Assembly (NCBI GenBank): GCA_963718525.1
Contig: OY970355.1
Location: 1,120,001-1,184,000 of the forward strand
Length of the DNA stretch: 64,000 nucleotides
Reading direction: 5' to 3'
Origin: Candidatus Dormiibacterota bacterium
GTDB taxonomy: Bacteria > Chloroflexota > Dormibacteria > Aeolococcales > Aeolococcaceae
A model generated the notes under the pieces. It was given only the letters and a program-made list of their open reading frames with translations. It was not told the origin of the DNA and made no database searches. The first letter of the stretch is position 1. Each line of letters starts with the position of its first letter. Below, in pieces: positions 28,402 through 39,132 of this stretch. A program made the position numbers and the translations under genes.

Positions 28402-30602
28402 TGTCTGCGGTCGCGACGCCAAACAGCGAGCCTTTAGCCACGCGGCGGCTCGCGAGGCCGGCAACCGCGTGGTTGTTCCTCTCCGTCGTCGTTGCGATGT
28501 ATGTGGCTTTCGGAGTGGTCTTCTACTCCCCGCTGACGTCGCCGGCACTGTTCCGCGCCTTGGGTGGTCTGAGCGCGGCGTTTGTCTTCCCCTTCTGCTC
28601 GTTTGCGATCGTCGGCGCCGTCATCGCGACGCGCCGGCCGGCCAACCCGGTGGGCTGGTTGTGCATCGCGGGATCCGCTGTCCTCGTCATCGGGTCGCTG
28701 GCGGCGCTCGTGGGTTCCATCCTCATCGACGCGCATAACGGTTTCGGCCGCTATGTTCTGCTCCTCTCGGCGTTCTGGAATAGCCCGGGCGGGAATGCGG
28801 CGATGCTGTTCCTGGTCATGCTGCTCGTCTTTCCCGACGGGCGGTTGCTGTCGCCGAAGGTGCGCTGGCTGGTATATGCAGTGGTGGGATTTGGACTATC
28901 GGGGCTCATCCTGGGGGTCATCAATCCAACTCCCGGAACGCTGAGCGCTGTGTCGACCACCCAGCCCGGCGTCGCCATCCCCGTCAGCGTTCTGGCCATC
29001 CCCGGTTCAGCGCCGGTGGTAAACACGCTGAGCACGCTCTGGAACGTGATCTCGAATGTGCTCACCGCAGGTGTGATCGTGGCCGTCTTCCTCCGCCTGC
29101 GTGGCGCCGATTCCGACACGCGCCACCAGATCAAATGGGTCGCGTCGGCAGCCCTGTTCTTGACGGCGACGATCCTTCTTTCGAACTTCCTTCCTATCAC
29201 GGTGTTCACCGATCCCGGTCCAGTGGTTGGCCCGGCGGCCGCACTGCTGGTGTCACTTGCGGTGCTCAGCGTGCCAGTGGCGATTGGCGTAGCCGTCTTG
29301 AAATACCGCCTCTACGACATCGACCTGATCATCAGCCGAACCCTTGTCTACGGCGTCCTCGCGGCATCCATCACCGCCGTCTACATCGGTATCGCGGTGG
29401 GCATCGGCACGCTGGTTGGCAGTGGCGGTCAGCCGAACCTCTGGCTGTCGATCGTCGCGACGATCATCGTCGCGATCGGGTTTCAGCCGGTCCGTGAGCG
29501 TGTGCAGAAGATCGCGAACCGGCTCGTGTACGGCAAACGTGCCACTCCGTACGAGGTGCTCACCGCCTTCTCGGATCAGGTGGCCGAAGCGTACGCGGCC
29601 GATGAGGTGTTGCCACGCATGGCGCGGGTGCTCCAGGAGGCGACTGGTGCTCAGTCTGCGACGGTGTGGCTCAAGGGCCCAACAACGTTGCGTGCAGCGG
29701 CGACGCATCCGAATGTTGAGGCATCGACCCCCGTACTGCTGCCGATGTCCAACGGCTCGCTCCCCGAGATCCCGGGCGCGACGACCTCAGTACCCGTCGA
29801 GCATCAGGGGCGTCTGCTCGGCGCGCTCAGCGTCGTCAAGCGCAGGGGTGACCCCGTGACCCCCACCGAGCAGAAGCTCATCGACGACCTTGCACACCAG
29901 GCGGGGTTGGTATTGAGAAATGTGGGTCTCACCGCCGAGTTGCATCAGCGCCTCGACGAGCTGCGCGCCTCCCGTCAGCGACTCGTGCGCGCCCAGGACG
30001 AGGAGCGTCGCCGCATCGAGCGCAACCTGCACGATGGTGCCCAGCAACACCTCGTGGCGCTCAAGGTGAAGCTCGGGCTCGCGCAGATGCTTGCAGCCAC
30101 GTCGCCGGAGAAAGCAAAGGTGACGCTGGTGCAATTGAAAGCGGATGCTGATGAGGCGCTTGAAACGTTACGAGATCTGGCGAGAGGCATTTACCCGCCT
30201 TTGCTCGCCGACAGAGGATTGGTTGCGGCGCTCGAGTCACAAGTGCGCAAAGCGATGGTGCAAGTCCGTGTTGACGCCGAGGATGTGGAGCGCTATGCCC
30301 AGGATGTGGAAGCAACGGTGTACTTCTGCGTGCTCGAGGCGCTTCAGAACGTGCAGAAATACGCCAATGCGTCCCAGGTTGTGGTGCGCCTTCGTGGTCA
30401 GGAGGCTGGGCTGACGTTCGAGATCGAGGACGACGGCACCGGCTTCGACACCTCGGCAGTGACGAGAGGTGCGGGACTCACCAACATGGTCGATCGAGTC
30501 GAGGCCCTCGGCGGCAGCGTCGACGTGACTTCGGCTCCGGGAGCGGGGACTCGCGTGTCCGGGAACGTCCCCGCACCGGCTCGCGAAGCCGTCCTCGCCT
30601 GA
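28398..30602 (+). CDS. Multi-TM sensor histidine kinase (HisKA_3), paralog of the upstream kinase
   Basis: ERRRIERNLHDGAQQ, EALQNVQKYA, DDGTGF; C-terminal half nearly colinear with 26263..28401. Confidence 0.93.
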   Translation: MMSAVATPNSEPLATRRLARPATAWLFLSVVVAMYVAFGVVFYSPLTSPALFRALGGLSAAFVFPFCSFAIVGAVIATRRPANPVGWLCIAGSAVLVIGSLAALVGSILIDAHNGFGRYVLLLSAFWNSPGGNAAMLFLVMLLVFPDGRLLSPKVRWLVYAVVGFGLSGLILGVINPTPGTLSAVSTTQPGVAIPVSVLAIPGSAPVVNTLSTLWNVISNVLTAGVIVAVFLRLRGADSDTRHQIKWVASAALFLTATILLSNFLPITVFTDPGPVVGPAAALLVSLAVLSVPVAIGVAVLKYRLYDIDLIISRTLVYGVLAASITAVYIGIAVGIGTLVGSGGQPNLWLSIVATIIVAIGFQPVRERVQKIANRLVYGKRATPYEVLTAFSDQVAEAYAADEVLPRMARVLQEATGAQSATVWLKGPTTLRAAATHPNVEASTPVLLPMSNGSLPEIPGATTSVPVEHQGRLLGALSVVKRRGDPVTPTEQKLIDDLAHQAGLVLRNVGLTAELHQRLDELRASRQRLVRAQDEERRRIERNLHDGAQQHLVALKVKLGLAQMLAATSPEKAKVTLVQLKADADEALETLRDLARGIYPPLLADRGLVAALESQVRKAMVQVRVDAEDVERYAQDVEATVYFCVLEALQNVQKYANASQVVVRLRGQEAGLTFEIEDDGTGFDTSAVTRGAGLTNMVDRVEALGGSVDVTSAPGAGTRVSGNVPAPAREAVLA

Positions 30603-30608
30603 CCTCCG

Positions 30609-30992
30609 CTACGCCGTTGCGGTCGCCGAGGCCCACGCCTCCGCGAGCCGGTCGGGACTGAAGTCGGACTTGGAGATGAACCCTGCGGCGCCCGCCTCGG
30701 CGGCGCGGGGGGCATACTCGTCAGCCTCGTACGTCGACAGGACCAGCACCACGACAGGCCTGGTTTCCTCAACGCCCGCAAGGATCTGGCGAGTGGCGTC
30801 GAGCCCGCTGATCCCCGGCAGGTTCACATCCATCAGGACCAGGTCAGGGCGCAGATCGCGAGCCGACGTCACCGAATCCTCGCCGGTTTCAACCTCACCG
30901 ACCACCTCGAAGCCATCGGTGAGCTCGACGACGGTACGCGCGACATCGCGAAACGGCGCCTGATCGTCGACGATCAACACTCTCACACTCAT
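30609..30992 (-). CDS. Single-domain response regulator (REC)
   Basis: VLIVDDQ, LMDVNLP, VLST, FISK. Confidence 0.9.
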   Translation of the reverse strand: MSVRVLIVDDQAPFRDVARTVVELTDGFEVVGEVETGEDSVTSARDLRPDLVLMDVNLPGISGLDATRQILAGVEETRPVVVLVLSTYEADEYAPRAAEAGAAGFISKSDFSPDRLAEAWASATATA

Positions 30993-31096
30993 CTCACCTC
31001 GCACGGTATCCCGATGTGCGTCGCCTGGCAAGCGTATCTGCCTCACCTGTTCGGTGATGCAGGCACCCGGCACCTGTTCGCGCCTATTCTCTGGGC

Positions 31097-31762
31097 GTGG
31101 CGATTCGCGTGATCCTCGCCGAGGACAACTACCTCTTGCGGGAAGGCATCCGGCAACTGCTGGAGACGTCCAACGAGATCGAGTTGCTCGCCACGTGTGT
31201 CGACCTTCCCTCGCTGGAGCGCGCGATCGAGGAGCACAGCCCAGAGGTCGTGATCACCGACATACGGATGCCACCGATGGGGACCGACGAGGGGCTGCGC
31301 GCCGCCGAGCGTTTGCGCGCTGAGCGTCCGGGGGTCGGTGTCGTCGTGCTCAGCCAGTACGCCGAGCCGGAGTACGCGCTCGCGCTGCTCGAGAAGGGTG
31401 CGAGCGGTCGCGCCTACCTGCTCAAGGAGCGCGTGTCGGACATCGACCAGCTCGTCGGGGCGGTCCGCGAAGTCGCCCGCGGTGGATCGGTGATCGACCC
31501 GCGCGTCGTCGAGGTGCTCGTCGCCGCCCGCAGCGCGGTCCGGGACTCGCCGATCGCGCAGCTCACGCCCCGTGAGCGTGATGTGCTCCAGCAGGTTGCC
31601 ATGGGGAGGAACAACGCGGGCATCGCAACCACGCTGTTCCTGACCGAGCGCGCCGTTGAGAAGCACATCAACGCAATCTTCTCCAAGCTCGAGCTCTCAG
31701 AGGAACCGGACGCGCATCGTCGCGTCAAAGCGGCGCTCGTGTACCTCGCCGCGCAGCACTAG
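31097..31762 (+). CDS. NarL/LuxR-family response regulator
   Basis: ILAEDN, TDIRMPP, LTPRERDVL, VEKHINAIFSKL. Confidence 0.95.
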   Translation: MAIRVILAEDNYLLREGIRQLLETSNEIELLATCVDLPSLERAIEEHSPEVVITDIRMPPMGTDEGLRAAERLRAERPGVGVVVLSQYAEPEYALALLEKGASGRAYLLKERVSDIDQLVGAVREVARGGSVIDPRVVEVLVAARSAVRDSPIAQLTPRERDVLQQVAMGRNNAGIATTLFLTERAVEKHINAIFSKLELSEEPDAHRRVKAALVYLAAQH

Positions 31763-31763
31763 A

Positions 31764-33005
31764 TCAGTCGCGCTGCTCGGGATCGGTCGCGCCGACGAGG
31801 ATGGACATGTTGCCCATCGGGTGCTTGTTCTCGCGCATGAGCTGATGCGCGAGTCCCACCTCCTCGAACCCGAACGTCCGTGACAGGCACGGGTCGACAG
31901 CGCCGCTCGTGACCATGGCGTTGTAGGCGGCGCATTCCGCGTCGTTGGCGAAGTGCGAGCCCTGCAGGCGTTTCTGACGCATCCAGAGGTAGCGCAGGTC
32001 GACCGCAGCGTGGTATCCCGTCGTGCCCGCGCAGATCACCACCATGCCGCCGTTGTCGCAGACGAAGATGGATGTCGGGATCGTGTCCTCACCGGGATGC
32101 TCGAACACGATCCTCGGATTCCGGCGTTCACCCAGCACGTCCCACAGGGCCTTGCCGAAGGCGCGCGCACCGGCGGACCACGTGGCGAATGCCGCATCGT
32201 CGCGCCAATCGGGGATCACTCCCCAGTGGGAGAAGTCGCGTCTGTCGATGTAGCCGCGGGCGCCGAGCCCGATGCAGTACTCACCGCGTTCCGGACCGGA
32301 TGTCACCGCGACCGGAATAGCTCCTTTGGCTTTGGCGATCTGGATGGCCTGCGAGCCGAGGCCGCCCGACCCGCCCCAGATCAGCACCACGTCGTTCTCG
32401 GCAACCGCATGCGGATGCCACGAGCAGAGCATCCGATACGCGGTGGCACCGACCAGCGTGCACGCAGCCGCAGCGGCCCAGCTGAGGTCTGGGGCTTTGG
32501 GGAGCAGCTGATGTGCCTGGACGAGCGTGTACTGCGCGAAGCTCCCCCAGTTCGTCTCGTATCCCCATATCCGTGCGCTCGGCGCGATGATCGGGTCGCC
32601 GCCGGCGGTGATCCAGGGATCGGCCGCATCCCACATCCCGCAGTGCGCGACGACATGGTCGCCGACTCGAACGCTGTCGACTCCGTCGCCGACCGCCCAG
32701 ACGATGCCCGCGGCGTCGCTGCCACCGATGTGGAATTCCTCGACCTCGCCGGCCTTGCGCCGCGCGGCGACGACATCGACGGGCCGTCCGAGCGCCGCCC
32801 AGACGTTGTTGTAGTTGACCCCCGCAGCCATCACGTACACGAGCACCTGTCCGGGACCCGGCTGCGGCGTCGACACCGTCTCGCCCACGAACGCTGTTTG
32901 AGGATCGCCATATCGCTCGGGCCGGATCACCTGGGCGTGCATCCTTGCCGGCACATCACCAAGGCGCGGCATCGAGCCGACGTCGGTCACATCCTGCATG
33001 GGCAT
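31764..33005 (-). CDS. ccr: Crotonyl-CoA carboxylase/reductase
   Basis: [63 protein letters not shown]. Confidence 0.93.
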   Translation of the reverse strand: MPMQDVTDVGSMPRLGDVPARMHAQVIRPERYGDPQTAFVGETVSTPQPGPGQVLVYVMAAGVNYNNVWAALGRPVDVVAARRKAGEVEEFHIGGSDAAGIVWAVGDGVDSVRVGDHVVAHCGMWDAADPWITAGGDPIIAPSARIWGYETNWGSFAQYTLVQAHQLLPKAPDLSWAAAAACTLVGATAYRMLCSWHPHAVAENDVVLIWGGSGGLGSQAIQIAKAKGAIPVAVTSGPERGEYCIGLGARGYIDRRDFSHWGVIPDWRDDAAFATWSAGARAFGKALWDVLGERRNPRIVFEHPGEDTIPTSIFVCDNGGMVVICAGTTGYHAAVDLRYLWMRQKRLQGSHFANDAECAAYNAMVTSGAVDPCLSRTFGFEEVGLAHQLMRENKHPMGNMSILVGATDPEQRD

Positions 33006-33037
33006 CGCGCTCCGACAATACAGGGACGGTCCAGCAC

Positions 33038-34291
33038 TCAGGGGTCGGTTCGATAGCGCCAGACGGACGGGAATGCGACAGCCGCGGCGCCAAGGCCCAC
33101 CAGGCACAGCGCACCGCCGGTGACGATCGCCACCTCAGCACCGAACGCATTCGCGACGATGCCCGTCTCAACGTCGCCGAGATTGGGGCCACCGTTGACC
33201 ACCATGAAGTGCAGGGAACTGAGCCGCCCGCGCAATTCGTTGGGGGCGATGCGCTGCATGATCGTCGACCGGCAGACAGCGCTGAACGCATCTGCGCCAC
33301 CGGCAACGGCGAGCAGCAGCAGGGCGATCCACAGCGTCGTCGTGAATCCGAAGCCGATGATCGCCACGCCCCAGGCGACTATGGCGATCACGATGATGCG
33401 GCCCAGCCGCTTGGATCGCGACACTGCGCCGCTTGCAAGCGCGGCCGTGACCGCGCCGCATCCGGGGGCGGCGTAGAGCAGGCCGAGCCCCTGTGCTCCC
33501 GCATGGAACGTCGTCACGGCGAGCAGCGGGAACACCGCGCGCGGAAGGCCGAAGATCATCGCGGCAAGATCCATCGCGAAACCGCCGAGGATCACAGGCT
33601 GGCGGCGGGCGAAGCTCACGCCGCGCACGATGGATGCGAGCGGCCGCTCTCGCTCAGTTGACCAGCGGCCCTGTGGCGGCAGCAGTGCCACCGCAGCGAG
33701 CGCCGCGCCGAAGGTGACCACGTCGACGGAGTACGCGGCGGGAAGACCGAGGTGGGCGATGACCAGTCCGCCGATCGCGGGCCCCGCGACGAGGGTCGTC
33801 TGAAAGAGGACGACGTTGAGCGAGAGCGCACCCGCCAGCCGGTCGACGCCGACAAGGTTCGGAATGATTGCGGTTCTGGTCGGAGCGTCGACGGCGCCAA
33901 CCAATGCGGCCAGCGCCACCACTGCGTAGATCTCGACCAGCGGGGGATGCCCGACGAAGGCACCCACTGCGAGCAACCCGGAACACAGTGCGAGCCCGAG
34001 CTGGGTCACGATCAGCACTCGGCGGCGGTCGAACCTGTCGGCGATCGCACCGCCCCCCAGTGAACCGCAGATCAGTGGCACCACCTGGACGATGCCGAGC
34101 AATCCGACATCGAGCGCCGAACGGGTCAGCGAGTACACCTGATATGGCACGGCGACCAGCGTGATCTGGCGGCCGGCCATGGAGATGAGCTGGCCGAACC
34201 AGAGCCGCCTGAACGGCTGTGACTCACGAAGCGATCGCGTGTCCACGGCGAGCGTTCGGAATGCCCGGCTCGCGTTCGGTCTGGAGCGCAC
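33038..34291 (-). CDS. MFS transporter (EntS/DHA3-like)
   Basis: [16 protein letters not shown], about 12 TMs; start uncertain. Confidence 0.88.
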   Translation of the reverse strand: MRSRPNASRAFRTLAVDTRSLRESQPFRRLWFGQLISMAGRQITLVAVPYQVYSLTRSALDVGLLGIVQVVPLICGSLGGGAIADRFDRRRVLIVTQLGLALCSGLLAVGAFVGHPPLVEIYAVVALAALVGAVDAPTRTAIIPNLVGVDRLAGALSLNVVLFQTTLVAGPAIGGLVIAHLGLPAAYSVDVVTFGAALAAVALLPPQGRWSTERERPLASIVRGVSFARRQPVILGGFAMDLAAMIFGLPRAVFPLLAVTTFHAGAQGLGLLYAAPGCGAVTAALASGAVSRSKRLGRIIVIAIVAWGVAIIGFGFTTTLWIALLLLAVAGGADAFSAVCRSTIMQRIAPNELRGRLSSLHFMVVNGGPNLGDVETGIVANAFGAEVAIVTGGALCLVGLGAAAVAFPSVWRYRTDP

Positions 34292-34354
34292 CTGGGCAAC
34301 GCTATCCTGTCCGCCGATGCCCACGATGCTGACACCCGCGTCGCGCGCCCCGTC

Positions 34355-35137
34355 ATGACGGCGCGCGACACCTGGAATCCAACCCAATACGAGCGTTTTC
34401 GCTCAGAGCGCGAGCAGCCGTTTCACGACCTGGTGGCGCTCATCACGCGACGTCCCGCCAATCGAGTTGTCGATCTCGGATGTGGCACGGGCGTGCTGAC
34501 CGCAGCCCTGCATCGCGAGCTCGGGGCGGAGTCAACCCTCGGAGTGGACTCGTCGGACGCCATGCTCAAGCGAGCTCGGACGCTCGACGTCCCGGGGTTG
34601 GACTTCGTGCACGGTGACATCGGCCAGTGGCGGCCGGAGGCCTCGTTCGATGTGGTCTTCTCCAACGCCGCGATCCAATGGTTGGGCGATCATCCCGCGC
34701 TGTTCGCGCGCCTCAGGGCGATGCTCGTCCCCGGAGGCGAACTGGCAGTCCAGGTGCCTGCCAACTTCGATCATCTCTCGCACAGGCTCGCTGCTGAGAT
34801 CGCTCGCGAGGAGCCTTTCATCGACGCCATGCGCGGCTACACCAGAACGTTCGCAGTGCTGCCACCCGAGGAGTACGCAACGCTCCTCCATCAACTCGGA
34901 TTCATCACGCAGTCGGTGCGGCTGCAGGTGTATGCCCACGTGCTGGAGTCGCCCGACTCGGTTGTCGAGTGGGTGCGCGGCACGCTGCTGACCGACTACG
35001 AGTTGCGCATGCCGGCTGCCCTGTATCAGGAGTTCGTCACGCGCTACCGTGAGCGGCTGAACGCTGCGCTCGGCGATCAGCGCCCGTTTTTCTACCCGTT
35101 CAAACGGATCCTGCTCTGGGGAAGGCTTCCAGGCTGA
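34355..35137 (+). CDS. tam: Trans-aconitate 2-methyltransferase
   Basis: WNPTQYERF, VDLGCGTG, SNAAIQW, AVQVPANF, YPFKRI. Confidence 0.88.
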   Translation: MTARDTWNPTQYERFRSEREQPFHDLVALITRRPANRVVDLGCGTGVLTAALHRELGAESTLGVDSSDAMLKRARTLDVPGLDFVHGDIGQWRPEASFDVVFSNAAIQWLGDHPALFARLRAMLVPGGELAVQVPANFDHLSHRLAAEIAREEPFIDAMRGYTRTFAVLPPEEYATLLHQLGFITQSVRLQVYAHVLESPDSVVEWVRGTLLTDYELRMPAALYQEFVTRYRERLNAALGDQRPFFYPFKRILLWGRLPG

Positions 35138-35163
35138 GCGACCGGTTCCGCGAGGAGCAGTGG

Positions 35164-35802
35164 ATGCAGATCAAGCGTCTCGACCTCGGCCATCTCACCG
35201 TCGCCACGCACGAGTGGCCGGTGCACGGGTACGTGATTCTGCATGACCAGCTCGGCGTCATCCTCGTCGACACCGGTTGCGGCGGCCCTGACGAGGTCCT
35301 CCGCTACTTCAAGGTCGTGAATCGCACCGTTGCCGATGCCCTCGCCGACCATGGGCTGGCACCGATCGACGTGAAGATGGTGATCAACACGCACCTGCAT
35401 TTCGACCACTGCGGGCAGAACCCGGCATTCGCCAACGCACCGCTGATGGTCCAGCGATCGGAGCACGATCGAATCCTTCGGGAGCGTGACGAGGTCACTG
35501 ACTGGATCGAGGCGTCGGGAATGCGGTTCGATCTCGTCGACGGCGATGTCGCCCTCGCGAACGACCTCAGCATCGCGACCACCCCTGGGCACACGGCCGG
35601 GCATCAATCAGTCATCGCAACGACGGAGCTCGGGACAGAGCTGTTCATCGGCGATGCCGCGTACACGCGGGCGATCTGGAATCACCCGGACATGTCGCGA
35701 CTTCCCGAGGGACAGGCTGACGACGTCGATGCGTGGCACCGATCGCTATCGGATTTGAAGAGCCTGGAGCCGGCGCGAGTTCACTTCTGCCACGACGGAT
35801 AA
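35164..35802 (+). CDS. Metallo-beta-lactamase fold hydrolase, AHL-lactonase family
   Basis: VDTG, THLHFDHCG, TPGHTAGHQS, GD, C-terminal HD. Confidence 0.85.
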   Translation: MQIKRLDLGHLTVATHEWPVHGYVILHDQLGVILVDTGCGGPDEVLRYFKVVNRTVADALADHGLAPIDVKMVINTHLHFDHCGQNPAFANAPLMVQRSEHDRILRERDEVTDWIEASGMRFDLVDGDVALANDLSIATTPGHTAGHQSVIATTELGTELFIGDAAYTRAIWNHPDMSRLPEGQADDVDAWHRSLSDLKSLEPARVHFCHDG

Positions 35803-35818
35803 CGTGGGCCGGCCCGCG

Positions 35819-36439
35819 CTACGCGTCTGGATCGCTTCCGTCCCATTCCTCGAGAGGCCGCGACCACCATCCCCAGTCCGGACCGAGGCGCGGACGATCA
35901 GGCAGCGCGATCCGGCCGTTGCACCAGAGGAACGCGTCCTCGGGAGCGGCGTCAATGGGGAGCCGCATCGGGAACAGGCGCGTCACCACGCGCCCGCAGA
36001 GGTCGCCGGGCAGGGGAAACGGAACCCCGAAGCCGCGACCGATGTCCCAGGTGTGGACGAGCAGCTCGTCGCAAGACATCGCACTGTACCCGGTCCGTTC
36101 GGTCATGCCCGAGTTGTGCCACGAGCGCGCCTCCGGCGGCGCATCGCGGATCACCGCGGCGAGCATCGAGACGTTCGCCTCGAGGTTGTCGAGCAGCCCA
36201 TCGACGTCAAGACCGGGATTGACGTCCCGCCCGACAGCCAGCCGCCGCGTCGCCCTGCTCGCGAGGTGAGCCGCGTACACGAACTGAGCGTTGATCGCGT
36301 GGCGCAACGTCTCCTCGCAGTTCCATTCCAGATCGGGCACCGGCGCCTGCCAGTCGAGACCCCGCAAGGGTCTCAGGAATCCGAGGACCCGGTCACGCGT
36401 TGCCACCACGTCGGCGGCGGTGACCAGGTCGGTGGTCAA
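35819..36439 (-). CDS. DinB/MDMPI-family protein
   Basis: W.CEETLRH, ELLVHTWDI, LWCNGR. Confidence 0.75.
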   Translation of the reverse strand: MTTDLVTAADVVATRDRVLGFLRPLRGLDWQAPVPDLEWNCEETLRHAINAQFVYAAHLASRATRRLAVGRDVNPGLDVDGLLDNLEANVSMLAAVIRDAPPEARSWHNSGMTERTGYSAMSCDELLVHTWDIGRGFGVPFPLPGDLCGRVVTRLFPMRLPIDAAPEDAFLWCNGRIALPDRPRLGPDWGWWSRPLEEWDGSDPDA

Positions 36440-36443
36440 GGGT

Positions 36444-38003
36444 TCACGCGACTGCGTCGACGATCTCCTCGCGAAGCCCGGGAAAGGTCGCGAGGTAGGC
36501 GTGCCGCTCCGCCTTGAGCTGCTCCACCAGGGTGCGGTACTCATCCATCCGACCCTGACGCTCGTACAGCTTTCGGGGCTGGAGGATCTCCGGGTCATCG
36601 AGGCCGGGAAGCACCGCGGCCACCTCATACCCGAAGTCGGGGTCCGTCTCCCACTCGATGGTGCCTTCCGAGATCGCCTTGACGATGGCGCTGGAGTAGG
36701 GGATCGACACCTTCTTGCCGCGCTCATCGTCATCGGTGCCGCCGACCCGGCCGGTGTTGAGCAGGTAGACCTGAAAGTTGCTGCTGTCCATCAACTCGAG
36801 GAACCGGTTTCCCTGCTGCTCGTGGCGAAGCGGGAAGAAGGGATTGGTGCCGGGAACGCGCAGGAACTTGCCGGCCTCCTCCTTGCCACCCGCTGATGTT
36901 CCCCGGGTCTCGCCGAGCATGAAGTAGAGCGCTGCCTGCTCTCGATTGAGGCGTGCCACTCCCGGGATCAGGTTGTCGTTGCGATTGAGGATCAGGAAGT
37001 GATCGACCGCCTTCACCTCGCGCGCGTCCTTGTGCCAGCCGAGGGCGTCCATGCGGAAGACGGCGCGACCATTGGGGGTATACGCGGTATCGAAGAAGTC
37101 GACTGCGCCGGCATCGTTCTGCGAGACGTTCTCGAGGTAGGCCTCCGGCTTGCAGACGGCGCCGAAGATGCTGGGCTCGAACTGCGGATCGAGCGCGAAC
37201 GTCTTGGCGAAGCAGCCGTTCTCGGTGGCCACGATTCGGCCGCCGGGATACAGCGCGACAAAGTCGTCCTGGACCGGCTTGCTGTCGTTCTGGCGCGTGA
37301 ATGTGGTGGTGGTCTTGCCTGTCCCCGACAGGCCGATGATCAGCAGCGCCTGGTCGCCGCGAGCGGTTGGAACCACCTTGCAGCCCGCGTGCAGCGACAG
37401 GCCGCCCCGGTCATAGGTGAGCTTGTTCCACATGCGCAGGCCGCCCTTCTTCGACTCGCCGAAGTAGTCGCTGTTCAGGATGCGCGTGACACCGGCTTCC
37501 AGGTCCACGGCGATGACCCGATCACTCGGGTATCCGGGAGCGTCAAGGTTGGGCGTGTAGATGACCGTCAGGACCGGCGCGAAATCAGGGCCGGGGTTCC
37601 CGGCATCGAAGTACAGCCAGTGCTGCATTCCCGCGATGTTGGCGTTGGCCGCTTCGATGTAGAGGCGCGCCGCAACGCGGTGCTCGGGGTCGTTGCCGAT
37701 GTACCCGTCGACGACGAGCATCTCCTGGTCGCGGATGTACGCGTCCTGGCGCTCGGCGACCTTCGCGCCGTCGGCGCGGCTCATCGTCTGGTCGGAGTGT
37801 TCCTCGGGATGGTCCGTGACCACGTAGGTGCTCGCCTTGCTTCTCGAGACGACCTTCGTCTGCACGTTGTAGTTGTCGAATTCGGTGTGCCGCGCGTTGG
37901 GCATCCGCGACGTCATGTCGCGCAACTCCGCAGGGGACGGGTTCCAGCGGACCCCGCGGGCGGCCGGAAGGGTGCTCGCGCGGGATTTGATGACGTCGGT
38001 CAT
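36444..38003 (-). CDS. pckA: Phosphoenolpyruvate carboxykinase (ATP)
   Basis: YFGESKKG, LHAGCK, GLSGTGKTT, QDD, ENGCFAK, ENV, NGR, LLNTG. Confidence 0.9.
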   Translation of the reverse strand: MTDVIKSRASTLPAARGVRWNPSPAELRDMTSRMPNARHTEFDNYNVQTKVVSRSKASTYVVTDHPEEHSDQTMSRADGAKVAERQDAYIRDQEMLVVDGYIGNDPEHRVAARLYIEAANANIAGMQHWLYFDAGNPGPDFAPVLTVIYTPNLDAPGYPSDRVIAVDLEAGVTRILNSDYFGESKKGGLRMWNKLTYDRGGLSLHAGCKVVPTARGDQALLIIGLSGTGKTTTTFTRQNDSKPVQDDFVALYPGGRIVATENGCFAKTFALDPQFEPSIFGAVCKPEAYLENVSQNDAGAVDFFDTAYTPNGRAVFRMDALGWHKDAREVKAVDHFLILNRNDNLIPGVARLNREQAALYFMLGETRGTSAGGKEEAGKFLRVPGTNPFFPLRHEQQGNRFLELMDSSNFQVYLLNTGRVGGTDDDERGKKVSIPYSSAIVKAISEGTIEWETDPDFGYEVAAVLPGLDDPEILQPRKLYERQGRMDEYRTLVEQLKAERHAYLATFPGLREEIVDAVA

Positions 38004-38153
38004 GACTCCTCCAATATCCCTGGGTCACGATCCCCCGCTCGGCCTCGATCGTCGTTCCAGGCAGGCTCTCCGGACCTCGCGAGCATAGCAAAGGGCCCCT
38101 CGAGATTGGCCCAGGCCACGGTTTGCGACGCCTCTGGTTGTAGGCTGTGACCG

Positions 38154-39113
38154 ATGACGCAGACCGCTCCCGCTCCAATCGCTGAGGCCACGTCGCTCCG
38201 CGAGAAATCCTGGGTGTTCTTCAATGGCGAGGTCGTCCATTACGCCGACGCCAAGGTCGGGTTGCTGACCCACGGGCTCAACTACGGCACCGGCGTGTTC
38301 GAGGGCATTCGCGCCTACTGGAACGAGGAGCGTGAGCAACTGTTCGCGCTGAGCCTCCCCGAGCACTACGAGCGCATGCTCCAGAACACGCGCGCCCTGC
38401 AGATGACGATTCCGTGGAGCGTCGAGGACCTGGTCGCGACGACGATCGATCTGTTGCGCCGCAACGAGTACCGTGAGGACACCTACGTCCGGCCGCTCTC
38501 GTTCAAGTCGGCCGAGATCATCGGCGTCAAGCTGCATGACGTTCCCGACAGCTTCGCGATCGTCACCGCTCCGATGGGGCTGTACGTCGGCAACGGCGGG
38601 ATCCGCTGCATGGTGTCGTCATGGCGACGCATCGACAACTCGATGGCACCGGTGCGGACCAAGTGCACCGGGCTGTATGTGAACTCCGCGCTGGCGAAGA
38701 GCGAAGCGCTGCAGAATGGCTTCGACGAGGCGATCATGCTCTCCGGCGACGGCCACGTCTGCGAAGGCAGCGCAGAGAACATCTTCATCGTGCGCAAGGG
38801 CGAGATCATCACGCCACCCCCTTCGGACAACATCCTCGAAGGCATCACCCGGGCATCCGTGATGCACCTGGTGCGCGAGGAGCTTGGCCTCGAGGTGCGC
38901 GAGCGCTCCATCGACCGCTCCGAGCTCTACGTCGCCGACGAGGTGTTCCTGGTGGGCACCGGAGCGCAGGTCGCGCCGGTGATCGAGATCGACCGCCGGC
39001 GTATCGGAGATGGTGAACCTGGTCCGCTGACGAATCGCGTCCAGGACACCTACCACAAGGTCGTGACGGGTCGGGACCCGAAATACGCGGCCTGGCTGAC
39101 CCCCGTCTACTGA
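38154..39113 (+). CDS. ilvE: Branched-chain amino acid aminotransferase
   Basis: HGLNYGTGVFEG, YVRP, KCTGLY, EGSAEN, LEGITR, EVFLVGT. Confidence 0.93.
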   Translation: MTQTAPAPIAEATSLREKSWVFFNGEVVHYADAKVGLLTHGLNYGTGVFEGIRAYWNEEREQLFALSLPEHYERMLQNTRALQMTIPWSVEDLVATTIDLLRRNEYREDTYVRPLSFKSAEIIGVKLHDVPDSFAIVTAPMGLYVGNGGIRCMVSSWRRIDNSMAPVRTKCTGLYVNSALAKSEALQNGFDEAIMLSGDGHVCEGSAENIFIVRKGEIITPPPSDNILEGITRASVMHLVREELGLEVRERSIDRSELYVADEVFLVGTGAQVAPVIEIDRRRIGDGEPGPLTNRVQDTYHKVVTGRDPKYAAWLTPVY

Positions 39114-39132
39114 CCCAGGCCGAGACCGCCGC

